DNA from: Mobula hypostoma
Taxonomy: Eukaryota
Length of the DNA: 64,000 nt
Assembly (NCBI RefSeq): GCF_963921235.1
Contig: NC_086097.1
Coordinates: forward strand, 139,874,001 to 139,938,000
Reading direction: 5' to 3'
Made by a program: the position numbers and the translations under genes. Below are positions 27,411-41,000 of this stretch, piece after piece. Under the pieces are notes generated by a model. That model had not been told where the DNA came from. It did no database searches and saw only the letters and a list, made by a program, of their open reading frames with translations. The stretch's first letter is position 1, and each line of letters begins with the position of its first letter.

Positions 27411-27789
27411 CAGCTCTCAGCACTGTCTCACGGATGTGACCCTTGGGTAAGCTGAACAGTTAACCAGGTTTATCCGAGGGAGCCAAGTGTAACATTCCCA
27501 AGGGTGACATGAGACTAAGGTTTAACTGGTGAGGAGTTAACTCAGTAGGAGAAGAAGGAACACGAAGAGTTTTGTAGATGGGGGATTGGGAGATGTTGAC
27601 GTTCAAAGGGTCAAGGGATCCTCAGACACAAGTCAGTGAGAACCAATGCACATTGTGGTAGGTGACGAGGCAGAGGTGAGATATTATTGTGGAGTTGAGT
27701 ACATATGTCATCCACTGGGCTATCTCACAGGCAGTCCCTCAGCCTGGGGTAGGGTTGGCTAACTCCTTGCTCCCCACACATAGGGCCAC

Positions 27790-28551
27790 CTGATGAAAGG
27801 GTCTGAATGTTTCTCTCCACTCTGTCACAGGCCAAGGATTGCCATGATCAGTGGAAATGGGGTATCCTTGGCCATTCGTCCCTCCCCACAAATCTCCCTC
27901 CTGGCACTCACGGTAGGTGGCCTGAGTGCTACTGTACCTGCCCGTGCACCTCCTCCCTCACCTCCACTCAGGGCTCCAAACAGTCCTTCCAGGTGTGGCA
28001 ACACTTCACCTGCGAATCTGCTAGGGTCATTGTAGTGTCTGGTGCTCCCGATGCAGCCTCCTGTACACTGGTGAGACCTGACATAGATTGGAGCACCGCT
28101 TCATCCGCCACAAGTGGAACTTTCCGTTGGCCAAATATTATAATTCCTACTCCTCATTCCATTTCCGACTTGTTGGTCCCCAGGGTGGAGGAACAATGAA
28201 TTTCTCCTTCTGGTAAAAAAAAAATCCCCCCCCCCTTCCTCTATTCCCCACTCAGATCTTTTACTTCTCTCACCTGCCTATCACTTCCCTCTTGGTCCCT
28301 TCTTGCTTCCATTTCTCCTATGGTCTACTCTCCTGTCATATCAGATTATTTCTTCTCCAGCCCTTTACCTTTCCCACTCACCTGACTTCACCTATTACCT
28401 TCCAGCGAGCTTTCTTCCCTTCCGCCACCTCTTTATTCTGGTGTCTTTTCCCTTCCTTCTCAGTCCTGAAGAGGGCCAGAAACGCTGACTGTTTATTCAC
28501 TTCCATAGCTGCTGCCTGACCAGCTGAGATCCTCCAGCATTTTGTGTGTGT
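27790..28551 (+). mobile_element. Penelope-like retroelement 3' fragment (GIY-YIG endonuclease remnant)
   Basis: KQSFQVWQHFTCESA..., then C..C.LLY.GET across frameshifts. End GCTGCCTGACCAGCTGAGATCCTCCAGCATTTTGTG is shared with other copies in the window. Confidence 0.85.
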
Positions 28552-28764
28552 AACTATCTCTCTCTGCCTAATCATCTCGTCCCAGGACAGAGCTGGAAAT
28601 AGGGCACTTAATTTGGGAGCCGGATTGGGTACTGTCGAGAATGCTATATAACTGGAGAGTAGTGTGGTGCAAGAATGTAGGTTAGCCTGTGATATTGCAT
28701 GAAGCTTGTTGTTTTGTGTGGTTTGAAGCTTGGTCTCTGTGCATGGTACTTGCAGTGTGAGCTG

Positions 28765-30735
28765 GATGTATGAGAAGGAACCAGGGCTCACAGTCACGAG
28801 GTTGTGCACTCAACATTGCAATAAGGAGGAATGTCTTCACCCAGAGATGGGGATCCTGTGGAACTTTTTCCACATGGTCGGGGAACCTATGGAACTCTCT
28901 CCCCTGGGATAAGGAACCAGTGGATTACTCTCCTCTGGGATGGGAACTTGTGAAGCTCTCTCCTTTGAGATGGAGAACCTGTGATTGTCTCTCTCCAGGG
29001 ATGGGGAACCCAGGGAACTCTGTCCCCCAGGGATGGAGACCCCATGAAACTTTGTCCTCCAAGCACAGTGGAACTCTCTCCAAGGGATGGAGAATCTGTG
29101 GAACTCTGTCCCCCAGAGATGGAGAACCTGTGGGATTCTGTCCCCCAGGGATGGAGAACCTGTGGAACTCTGTCCCTCAGGGATGGAGAACCTGTGGAAC
29201 TCTGTCCCCCAGGGATGGAGAACCCATGGAACTCTGTCCCTCAGGGATGGAGAACCCGTGGAACTCTGTCCCTCAGGATGGGGAACTGGTGGAACTCTGT
29301 CCCCCAGGGATGGAGAATCTGTGGAACTCTGTCCCCAGGGATGGAGAACCTGTGGAACTCTGTCCCCCAGGGATGGAGAACCTGTGGAATTCTGTCCCTC
29401 AGGGATGGAGAACCCGTGGAATTCTGTCCCTCAGGGATGCAGAACCCGTGGAACTCTGTCCCTCAGGATGGGGAACCGGTGGAACTCTGTCCCCCAGGGA
29501 TGGAGAACCCGTGGAACTCTGTCCCCAGGGATGGAAAACCTGTGGAACTCTGTCCTCAGGGATGGAGAACCCGTGGAACTCTGTTCCTCAGGATGGGGAA
29601 CCGGTGGAACTCTGTCCCCCAGGGATGGAGAACCCGTGGAACTCTGTCCCCCAGGGATGGAGAACCTGTGGAACTCTGTCCCCAGGGATGGAGAACCCGT
29701 GGAACTCTGTCCGCAGGGATGGAGAACCTGTGGAACTCTGTCCCCCAGAGATGGAGAACCCGTGGAACTCTGTCCCCAGGGATGGAGAACCTGTGGGATT
29801 CTGTCCCCAGGGATGGAGAACCCATGGAACTCTGTCCCTCAGGGATAGAGAACCGGTGGAACTCTGTCCCCAGGGATGGAAAACCCATGGAACTCTGTTC
29901 CTCAGGATGGGGAACCGGTGGAACTCTGTCCCCCAGGGATGGAGAACCCGTGGAACTCTGTCCCCAGGGATGGAGAACCCGTGGAACTCTGTCCTCAGGG
30001 ATGGAGAACCCGTGGAACTCTGTCTCCAGGGATGGAGAACCCGTGGAACTCTGTCCCTCAGAGATGGAGAACCCGTGGAACTCTGTCCCCAGGGATGGAG
30101 AACCTGTGGAACTCTGTCCCCCAGAGATGGAGAACCTGTGGGATTCTGTCCTCCAGGGATGGAGAACCTGTGGAACTCTGTCCCCCAGAGATGGAGAACC
30201 TGTGGAACTCTGTTCCTCAGGATGGGGAACCGGTGGAACTCTGTCCCCCAGGGATGGAGAACCCGTGGAACTCTGTCCCCAGGGATGGAGAACCCGTGGA
30301 ACTCTGTCCTCAGGGATGGAGAACCCGTGGAACTCTGTCCCCAGGGATGGAGAACCCGTGGAACTCTGTCCCCCAGAGATGGAGAACCCGTGGAACTCTG
30401 TCCCCAGGGATGGAGAACCCGTGGAACTCTGTCCCCCAGAGATGGAGAACCTGTGGGATTCTGTCCCCCAGGGATGGAGAATCGGTGGAACTCTGTCCCC
30501 CAGGGATGGAGAACTGGTGGAACTCTGTCCCCAGGGATGGAGAATATGTGGAACTCTGCCCCCAGACACTGTAGAACTCAGTCAGGAGTTTATTTATTGC
30601 CGCCATGGATAGATTTCTGAACACTGAAACAATCAGAGTTCTGGGGATAGGACAGGAAGGTGGTGCTGAGGTACACAATTGGCCACAACCTTTGTGAAGG
30701 GAGAATAGGTTTGAGGGACTGCTCCTCCTGCCCCT
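28765..30735 (+). mobile_element. CR1 3' end interrupted by a minisatellite derived from its own sequence
   Basis: RRNVFTQR before the array; the CR1 3' UTR resumes after 30565. Confidence 0.75.
28845..30565 (+). repeat. 31/32-bp minisatellite CAGGGATGGAGAACCCGTGGAACTCTGTCCCC, about 54 units
   Basis: Seen directly. Confidence 0.97.
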
Positions 30736-30948
30736 GCTCCTGATCAACTCTTCTCCACTCAGCGTCCACGTCTTCTTCCCACGGACACAGAAGAGGAGTT
30801 GGCAGAATGCAGTCCCAGACATTGTCGTGGCTGTCATGATGAAGTTCCATGAGGATCATTCAGTCTACCTTCATACTCGCTTTCATGGTTAGATCCCATT
30901 CCACACACTGAGGGGAGAGGAGATGGGAAGGGTGGTTGGAGAAGGAGG

Positions 30949-31047
30949 CCGGAGAAGAAGAGGGCGAAGAAAGGGCAGGCGAGAGTGCAGAGGAGGATGT
31001 GACTGATTGTGAAAAGCACCAACTTTGTGAAAAGTTGTCCTTCCCAC
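30949..31047 (-). pseudogene. TM1-like exon (WEGQLFTKLVLFTISHILLCTLACPFFALFFSG)
   Basis: Acceptor GATACAG, in frame with the GPS exon, hydrophobic helix directly after the GPS as in adhesion GPCRs. Confidence 0.5.
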
Positions 31048-31450
31048 CTGTATCAATTCCACCCCACAATATTCTACCTCCCACTGATCCCCATCCCATC
31101 CCCTTGTGTCCCAATCCTATCCAACTTCTCACTTCCTCATTCCAACATCATCCCACCCTCCACCAGAACCCACAGCTTCCCCCTACCCGCTCTCCACCAG
31201 CCCTCTTAGCCCTACCTCACCTTCAGACCCCCCCATCACCCCTCACTCACACTCACCCTCATCCTCTCTTCATCAACCACTCCCCCTCAACTGCTCTCTC
31301 CCTTACCGCCTCTAACCTTACCCTCTCCTCTTCTGCTGTCACCCACACACCACCTCCCCTTTACTCACTCCACAGTCACCTTCCTCCCTCCTGTGTGCCC
31401 ATCTCCCTCCATGGTCCAATCGTTCTGACTCTGGCTGCTGTTACACTTAC

Positions 31451-31659
31451 CCGTTGGAATGGTAAGCTGTGCTGCACCAACACCAGCAGGCAAAGTCACC
31501 CAGCAGAGCAGAGGACAGGAGTGCGGGGCTGACAGAGGCCGAGGATTTCTCACAGGGCCTGGTGCTGTCCCCAGAACCACATCCTGGGATGGCAGAGTCC
31601 CAGTCTGGAGCATTTGGCTGATGACATAGATTGCTCCCCCCACTCAGTGTGGAGTCCAC
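31451..31659 (-). pseudogene. GPS (GAIN C-terminal) motif exon, frameshift-scrambled
   Basis: Strong splice sites (TTGACAG| and |GTAAGT). Residues WD..G.GS..T..C and L.DFA followed by LLVLVQ are spread over adjacent frames. Confidence 0.55.
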
Positions 31660-32204
31660 CTGTCAATGTGATTGGAGAGATATTGTTAGCATTAAATTTA
31701 CCATTTACATTTCATTGTTGACATAATTGAAGGATGGGGGCTCTTATGGAAATTAAACTTGTGGTTCTCATGGGCAGCAGTAACCCTGTTAAAATGTAAT
31801 GAGATTTTTTATGCGTCTTGTTTTGATTTTTATTAAATAGAATAAGGGAATGAGTAATTCCATGAGTCTGGACTCCGACAGAAGGTTATTGATAGCTCTA
31901 TGTACAATAGGCCTCTCAATCCAACCTTTAATGGTTTAATAATGCATTATACTCCAACCTAAAATACTTTTTACTCGAGTGCTTATTGTGATTATTGAAA
32001 ACACCTGGATCAACCATTTATCACAGTTCCATGCAAAAAGGTCCATCTATCATTAGTTTGTCATACATTCCTAATTCAGTTAGCCCAGAGTGCTCGGTGC
32101 CCACAGATTAATGGGCCTGGTTACACAGTGCCCACACATTAACAGCAACAGTTAATCAGTGCCCACATAGTAAGAGTATTGGTTACAAGTATACTCTATG
32201 TGGT

Positions 32205-33725
32205 AAGGAAGCATCACACTGTGGGAGGGGTGGGTAAGGAATTATCACACTTTGGAGAGGTAGTACTGGGGGGGTGGCACACTGTGGGATGGACAGTACT
32301 GAGGGAGTGTCACACTGTGGGATGGACGGTACTGAGGGAGTGTCACTGTGGGATGGACAGTACTGAGGGAGTGTCACACTGTGGGATGGACAGTACTGAG
32401 GGTGTGTCACACTGTGGGATGGACAGTACTGAGGGAGTGTCACACTGTGGGATGGACAATACTGAGGGAGTGTCACACTGTGGGAGGGACGGTACTGAGG
32501 GAGTGTCACACTGTGGGATGGACAGTACTGAGGGAGTGTCACACTGTGAGAGGGACGGTACTGAGGGAGTGTCACACTTCGGGATGGACGGTACTGAGGG
32601 AGTGTCACTCTGCGGGATGGACGGTACTGAGGGAGTGTCACACTGCGGGATGGACGGTACTGAGGGAGTGTCACACTGCGGGATGAATGGTAGGGACTGT
32701 CACACTGTGGGAGGGATGGTACTGAGGGAATGTCACACCGTGGGATGGACGGTACTGAGGGAGTGTCACACTGCGGGATGGACAGTACTGAGGGGGTGTC
32801 ACACTGCGGGATGGACAGTACTGAGGGAGTGTCACTCTGTGGGATGGACAGTACTGAGGGAGTGTCACACTGTGGGGTAGACAGTATTAAAGGAGTGTCA
32901 CACTGTGGGGTGGACAGTACTGAGGGAGTGTAACACTGTGGGATGGACACTACTGGGGGAATGTCACACTGTTGGACGGACAGTACTGAGGGAGTGTCAC
33001 ACAGTATAATGGACAGTGCTGAGGGAATGTCACACTGTGGGATGGACAATACTGAGGGAGTGACACACTGTGCGATGGACAGTACTGAAGGAGTGTCACA
33101 CCGTGGGATGGACAGTACTGAGGGAGTGTCACACTGTTGGAGGGGCAGTACTGAGGGAGTGTCACACTGTTGGAGGGGCAGTACTGAGGGAGTGTCACAC
33201 TGTGGGATGGACAGTACTGAGGGAGTGTCACAGTGTGGGAGGGACAGTACTGAGGGAGTGTCACACTGTGGGAGGGACAGTATTGAGGGAGTGTCACACT
33301 GTGGGATGGACAGTACTGAGGGAGTGTCACAGTGTGGGAGGGACAGTACTGAGGGAGTGTCACACTGTGGGAGGGACAGTATTGAGGGAGTGTCACACTG
33401 TGGGATGGACAGTACTGAGGGAGTGTCACAGTGTGGGAGGGACAGTACTGAGGGAGTGTCACACTATGGGAGGGACAGTATTGAGGGAGTGTCACACTGT
33501 GGGATGGACAGTACTGAGGGAGTGTCACACTGTGAGATGGACAGTATTGAGGGAGTGTCACACTGTGGGATGGACAGTACTGAGGGAGTGTCACACTGTG
33601 GGATGGACAGTACTGAGGGAGTGTCACAGTGTGGGAGGGACAGTATTGAGGGAGTGTCACACTGTGGGATGGACAGTATTGAGGGAGTGTCACACTGTGG
33701 GATGGACAGTACTGAGGGTGCACTG
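32205..33725 (+). repeat. 33-bp minisatellite CACACTGTGGGATGGACAGTACTGAGGGAGTGT, about 45 units
   Basis: Seen directly; gives 11-aa periodic ORFs ([11 protein letters not shown]). Confidence 0.97.
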
Positions 33726-34032
33726 CATCACTGGTGAGACATTGCACCGTTCTGCTGTTTGGTGGGAGTAACAGAAGAGAAGTGGGGGAATAATTTCAAT
33801 CAGAACCCATGAGCTGCCGCAGTGAGCAGTGGGGATGAATCAAGGGCACGAAGGCTGTTGTATTTGTCCAAGAGGGCCGTGTTGGGACATGTTAGTGTGT
33901 CTTAGAGAGCAGGGTGAGAGGTCTGTGGGGATCCCCTATACTGTGGCAACAGGTTTGTCAAGGTGGGAAGGAGATTGATCAGGGGTTTTGGTGCACACAC
34001 TAGTGGTGTGAGCGGTGGCTTGTGTCCTGCTC

Positions 34033-34192
34033 GGGGAAAGGGGTGGTGATGAGGGGCTAGGGAATTGTGTGCTTAGGGAAGGGAGTGGTGATGAGGGGCT
34101 AGGGAATTGTGTGCTTAGGGAAGGGAGTGGTGATGAGGGGCTAGGGAATTGCGTGCTTAGGGAAAGGGGTGGTGATGAGGGGTTAGGGATTT
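34033..34192 (+). repeat. 42-bp tandem repeat, about 3.7 units
   Basis: GGGAAGGGAGTGGTGATGAGGGGCTAGGGAATTGTGTGCTTA repeated. Confidence 0.9.
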
Positions 34193-35894
34193 GAGCGTTA
34201 TGTCCGGGGATGGGGTCAGCACAGGAACCGGGCCTGAAGAACAGCTTCCCACCCGAGGGCAGGAAGAGAGGAAATCTGCAAACAGCTCGGGCCATAATTA
34301 GATTCCACATCAGGGCTGGAGACAAGAGTGAAAGGTCAAAGATAAAAGGAACTTGATTGGATAAAAGCCAGTTACCAGAAGACAAGATGGGACTCACTGA
34401 ACAAAATGGAAAATAAAAACTGTGAAATGAGACAATGAGCTGTGCCAGGACCTGCTGGTTATGGTGGGCGAGGACTTTACACAGACAGTCAGCCATCCTG
34501 TCCACATCTGGACAACACAGGAACTGTAGGAAGGCCAGTGACACAGCTGGATGCAACGATGGGGTGGGGGGGTTGGGGACTGGTGCGAAGGGAAACATGC
34601 AGGTTTGATCAAATGGGAAGAGGTGGAGGATAGGTGAATGCGAAGAGGTGGGTTGTTGGGCAGGTCGTTGAAGAGCGGAGACATATCGTTCTTCACCTTC
34701 ATGTTCTGTCGGATGTGGCATGAACATTAGGCTGTGTGTGTGGGGGTGGGGTGTCTCAGTCAGTGTCAACCAAACAACGGTGAATTCTCTGTATCAGTGA
34801 ATGGCCTGGTAATGCCAACAGCTTTGTCTCTGGGGAAATATAATTCAGAGAAAGGAGCTGACAGATGTTGAAAAAAGACTTTGGTGAAGAAGATAAATGG
34901 AGGGCCTATGTTCCAATAGGATTACTGAAACAGAGATTTAAGGAGGAGGACGTGAGTCACATATAAAGCTAACGATACAAGCTGTTGGAGGTGTGAACAG
35001 TGCAACTAAAGGGTTAATCATAATACAGACTGAAATCTGAGCTTAGCCAGTATCCCATCTGTCCATTAGGGTGGAGGAAGGAAGCCCCTTTGTTTGAGGA
35101 CAGCACCCTTGAGTAGGAGTAGATCCAGACTGCTGGCAAGCAATCAGCAGAACATCCTCAAAGGTGAGAGGGTGGTGATGGAGGTCCCAGAGATCCCTCA
35201 GACCCAAATGGGAAGGATCTGCACTGATGCCAGGGTGAGCTGACTGATCCACGCCACCACCAACAATGCCCATCGGCGTGCCGCACCCGGAATGTAGAAA
35301 TGTCCAAATGGACTTCTGCGGAATATTGGCACTCAGTCAGAGTTCAGGACTGGCCGTGCGAGGGGGGTCACTGGGGCATAGGATGTATGGAGAGTTCAGA
35401 GAAAGGAGGGAGGGATGGGGAGGTGTAGGGGGTAGGGTTCCAGAGTTCAGGACCCAGGCAGCGACTGGTGCAAAAATCACATTCAGTGATGTTGCGTGGA
35501 TCAGAGCAGCAGAGAGGAAGGGAAGAGGTAACAGAGAGAGGGAGGGTGTGGGAGGTTACAGAGAAAAGAGGGATGTCGCGGGTTAAAGACGGGGAAAGAG
35601 GGAGCAGGTTAGCGAGATGGGGAGGCTGATGAAATGTTACAGAGGGGGGAAATGGAGGGGTTAACAGAGAGAGGGAAGGATGAAGGAGATGCAGAGTAGG
35701 TGAGATGAGTACTATGAGCAAGGGTGAAGAGCAAGTTCAGAGTGGTCCACGTGAGAGCCAGTGTCAGGACTTAGGTGAGGGTCAGATTCAGGGTCACCTT
35801 CAATCTCTGGAGGACATCAGACACTGGAGTGTCCTGGGGAATGTCACTGTGCTCCACCCACACTGGTTTGGATTAGGCAGCTGTACGTGACCAC

Positions 35895-36152
35895 CAGGTG
35901 TTGACGGAAGGGTGGGAGTGGGCCAAGTGAGACTGGGCTCCACTGGCATCCAGTCATCGCTGACCTCAGGCCGAACATCTGTCCAATGTTGGGAATCCAG
36001 CTGCAGAGGATCAGGGCTGGGAGCGTCTGTTGTTGTTCCAGGCAGGACGTACCCCTCCAGCTCCCTCCCTGAAAAGTGTTACCATACACTTTGCCCCGAG
36101 AGCCCCTTCACAGAATCTGTCCGTGCCCAAAGGTTCAATCTTGTAACATCTC
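35895..36152 (-). pseudogene. Pentraxin-domain C-terminus split by an 82-bp intron (GDVTRLNLWARTDSVKGLSGQSVC/WIPNIGQMFG...VEPSL)
   Basis: GT-AG intron at 36082-36001. The spliced peptide matches the pattern G-x2-T-x3-LWAR-x2-S-x3-L-x5-C-x2-P-x2-G-x2-F recalled from the GPR144 pentraxin domain. Confidence 0.65.
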
Positions 36153-38011
36153 CTGGGGTTGTGTTTGTGGAAGAGGTTGACGTGAATAGCAGCAGTGGGG
36201 ACACAGACACAGGGGGTGGGTATGGGTGAGGGATGAGGGGCTGGATATTCCCTGTGTCCAAAACACTTTCAGATCCCACTTTCCAGAATCTGGAAGTCAC
36301 CGGTAAGGCCAGCATTTCTTCCTCACCCCAGTGCCTAGGGGACAGCTGATTTCTTGAACCACTGCAGTCCAGGGTGTTTTTTGAGGGAGTCCCTGGATTT
36401 ACAGATCAGGATGGGAACCTGCAGGTGGTGGTATTCCCTGCACTTGTCCTTCTAGTTGAGAGAGGTGATGCTGGAGCAGCCTGGGCGAGTAACCACAGTG
36501 CATTTTGGAGATTGTGAATACTGCAACCACCGTGGTGGTGGAAGAGGTGCCGATCAAGTGGACTGTTTTGTCCCGCAGGGTTTTGAGAGAGTTGGAGCCA
36601 CACTCACCCAGGCAAGTGAAGAGGGTTCCATCATGGTTAGGGTGTCAGAGGTGAGTTGCTCACCACAGGATCTCCAGCCTCTGACCTGCTGCTCGATTTC
36701 TGTAGCTGGTCAAGCTGAGTTTCTGATCAGTGGGGACCCTCAGTATATTAATGCAGGGGGAAGGGGGGGGGTGAATTTCAGTGGTGGTGCCATCCAATGT
36801 CAAGGGTAGGTGGGAAGATTCTCTATTGCTGGAAGTATTAATTACCTGGCATTTTTGTGGTGCTAATGTCACTTGTCACTTCCCAGCCCATGTCTGAATG
36901 TGGTCTCAGTCATGCTATGTGCAGGCATGGGCTGCTTCTCTTGTTGAGGAACTGAACACTGTGGGATCATAGGTGAATTAACCCTGTCTGACATAGTGGG
37001 AGGATAAAGATGATTGGGCCCAGGATGTAGCCCTAAGGGACACCTGTAGTGATGTCCTGGGGCTGGGGTGATTCTTTTGTGCAAGGTTTGACTGCGTCCA
37101 CTGGAGTGATTTCCCACTGACGCCCAATGAATTCACATTTACCGAGGCTCTGTGATGCTACACAAAGACAAATGCTGCCTTGATGTTAAGATCAGGCAAC
37201 TCACCTCACATCTGGAGTTCAGCTCTTGGTCAAGGTCAGGCTAAACCGTGTTGAGGCTGAGCCCTGTGGCCCTGCAGATATCCAAATCAAAACTACCGAT
37301 GTTAGAAATCTAAAATAAAAACAGACAATATTGGAAACACTCAGGCAACTCCACTGAAGTGCCTTCAATCTGTAACATTAACTGTTTCTCTCTCCACAGA
37401 TGCTGCTTGACTTGATGAGTGTTTCCAGCATTTTCTGGTATGCAGACCAGGCATTGGTGAGTAGGTTACTGGTGGGTCAGTTACTGTAAGTGCTGCTTAT
37501 ACTATCTCTCTCTGTGCTGATGTTTGAGTGGACTAGTTTAGGCGGTGATCAAGACTGACCTGGATAATTTTCTGCATCCTTGCCTGGGTGCCAGTGTTGT
37601 AAATGTACTGGAACAGCTTGGTCAGAGGTGCAGCTAGCTCTGGAGCACAGGTTCCCAGTAGTACAGCTGGGATGCTGTCAGGTCCCGTAGACTTTTCTGT
37701 ATCGAGTGTACTAAGCTGTTTCTCTAAAGGAATTGCCAAGGGCTCTGTTTCTGTGAAACTTGGTACTCAGGAGGTTGCTGAGACTAACCATTCACAGAAC
37801 CTGGGCTGGGGTTGTAAAATGTCCACACCATGTGGCAGCCATTTCTGCAGCCCCTATGCCACATGCCCCGCTTGTCTACACTCACTGCCTTGATACGAAG
37901 AGTGCTGTAGACTAAGGGCTTCCTCTCATTGTAAATAAATTGCTCTATTTGCAGGTTAATTTAATCAGCCATTCAATAGTCCCACTATCTGCTGGGATCG
38001 GGCGGTGCAGA

Positions 38012-41000
38012 ATGAGGAACATGAGGTAGGTATGATGGGGAACGTGAGGCAGGTGTGATGGGGATCATGAGGCAGGTGTGATGGGAACATGAGGCAGGTG
38101 TGATGGGAACATGAGGCAGGTGTGATGGGGATCATGAGGCAGGTGTGATGGGGAACATGAGGCAGGTGTGATGGGGATCATGAGGCAGGTGTGATGGGGA
38201 ACGTGAGGCAGGTGTGATGGGGAACGTGAGGCAGGTGTGATGGGAATCATGAGGCAGGTGTGATGGGGAACATGAGGCAGGTGTGATGGGGAACGTGGGG
38301 CAGGTGTGATGGGGAACGTGGGGCAGGTGTGATGGGAACATGAGGCAGGTGTGATGGGGATCATGAGGCAGGTGTGACGGGGAACGTGAGGCAGGTGTGA
38401 TGGGGATCATGAGGCAGGTGTGATGGGGAACATGAGGCAGGTGTGATGGGGAACATGAGGCAGGTGTGATGAGGAACATGAGGCAGGTGTGATGGGGAAC
38501 ATGAGGCAGGTGTGATGGGGAACATGAGGTAGGTACGATGGGGAACATGAGGTAGGTATGATGGGGAACATGAGGTAGGTATGATGGGGAACATGAGGCA
38601 GGTGTGATGGGAACATGAGGCAGGTGTGATGAGGAACATGAGGCAGGTGTGATGGGGAACATGAGGCAGGTGTGATGGGAACATGAGGCAGGTGTGATGA
38701 GGAACGTGGGGCAGTTGTGATGAGGAACGTGAGGCAGGTGTGATGGGGAACATGAGGCAGGTGTGATGGGGAACATGAGGTAGGTGTGATGGGGAACATG
38801 AGGCAGGTGTGATGAGGAACATGAGGCAGGTGTGATGGGGATCATGAGGCGGGTGTGATGGGAACATGAGGCAGGTGTGATGGGGATCATGAGGCAGGTG
38901 TGATGGGGAACATGAGGCAGGTGTGATGGGAACATGAGGCAGGTGTGATGGGAACATGAGGTAGGTATGATGGGGAACATGAGGCAGGTGTGATGGGGAA
39001 CATGAGGCAGGTGTGTTGGGGAACATGAGGCAGGTGTGATGGGAACCTGAGGCAGGTGTGATGAGGAACGTGAGGCAGGTATGATGGGGAACGTGAGGCA
39101 GATGTGATGGGGAACGTGAGGCGGGTGTGATGGGGAACATGAGGCGGGTGTGATGAGGAACGTGAGGCAGGTGTGATGGGGAACGTGAGGCAGGTGTGAT
39201 GGGGAACGTGAGGCAGGTGTGATGGGGAACGTGAGGCAGGTGTGATAAAGAACATGAGGCAGGTGTGATGGAGAACATGAGGTAGGTATGATGGGGAACA
39301 TGAGGCAGATGTGATGAGGAACATGAGGCGGGTGTGATGAGGAACATGAGGCAGGTGTGATGGGGAACATGAGGCAGGTGTGATGAGGAACATGAGGCAG
39401 GTGTGATGAGGAACATGAGGCAGGTGTGATGGGGAACGATGCAGGTGTGATGAGGAACATGAGGCAGGTGTGATGGGGATCATGAGGCAGGTGTGATGGG
39501 AACATGAGGCAGGTGTGATGGGGATCATGAGGCAGGTGTGATGGGGAACATGAGGCAGGTGTGATGGGGATCATGAGGCAGGTGTGATGGGGAACGTGAG
39601 GCAGGTGTGATGGGGAACGTGAGGCAGGTGTGATGGGGAACGTGAGGCAGGTGTGATGGGAATCATGAGGCAGGTGTGATGGGGAACATGAGGCAGGTGT
39701 GATGGGGAACGTGGGGCAGGTGTGATGGGGAACGTGGGGCAGGTGTGATGGGAACATGAGGCAGGTGTGATGGGGATCATGAGGCAGGTGTGACGGGGAA
39801 CGTGAGGCAGGTGTGATGGGGATCATGAGGCAGGTGTGATGAGGAACATGAGGCAGGTGTGATGGGGAACATGAGGCAGGTGTGATGGGGAACATGAGGC
39901 AGGTGTGATGAGGAACATGAGGCAGGTGTGATGGGGAACATGAGGCAGGTGTGATGGGGAACATGAGGTAGGTACGATGGGGAACATGAGGTAGGTATGA
40001 TGGGGAACATGAGGTAGGTATGATGGGGAACATGAGGCAGGTGTGATGGGAACATGAGGCAGGTGTGATGGGGAACATGAGGCAGGTGTGATGGGGAACA
40101 TGAGGCAGGTGTGATGGGAACATGAGGCAGGTGTGATGAGGAACGTGGGGCAGTTGTGATGAGGAACGTGAGGCAGGTGTGATGGGGAACATGAGGCAGG
40201 TGTGATGGGGAACATGAGGCAGGTGTGATGGGAACATGAGGCAGGTGTGATGGGAACATGAGGTAGGTATGATGGGGAACATGAGGCAGGTGTGATGGGG
40301 AACATGAGGCAGGTGTGATGGGGAACATGAGGCAGGTGTGATGGGAACCTGAGGCAGGTGTGATGAGGAACGTGAGGCAGGTATGATGGGGAACGTGAGG
40401 CAGGTGTGATGGGGAACGTGAGGCGGGTGTGATGGGGAACATGAGGCGGGTGTGATGAGGAACGTGAGGCAGGTGTGATGAGGAACGTGAGGCAGGTGTG
40501 ATGGGGAACGTGAGGCAGGTGTGATGGGGAACGTGAGGCAGGTGTGATAAAGAACATGAGGCAGGTGTGATGGAGAACATGAGGTAGGTATGATGGGGAA
40601 CATGAGGCAGATGTGATGAGGAACATGAGGCGGGTGTGATGAGGAACATGAGGCAGGTGTGATGGGGAACATGAGGCAGGTGTGATGAGGAACATGAGGC
40701 AGGTGTGATGGGGAACATGATGCAGGTGTGATGAGGAACATGAGGCAGGTGTGATGGGAACATGAGGCAGGTGTGATGGGGAACATGAGGCAGGTGTGAT
40801 GGGAACATGAGGCAGGTGTGATGGGAACATGAGGCAGGTGTGATGGGAACATGAGGCAGGTGTGATGAGGAACATGAGGCAGGTGTGATGGGAACATGAG
40901 GCAGGTGTGATGGGAACATGAGGCAGGTGTGATGAGGAACATGAGGCGGGTGTGATGAGGAACATGATGCAGGTGTGATGGGAACATGAGGCGGGTGTGA

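Noticed and set aside
28770..30620. 616-aa and 543-aa repetitive ORFs
   Set aside because: CR1-derived minisatellite. The peptide cycles through all three frames as unit length varies between 31 and 32 bp.
32179..33771. [17 protein letters not shown] protein (also 45122-46382)
   Set aside because: A 33-bp unit open on both strands, with no splice signals or codon-position bias; a dispersed satellite family.
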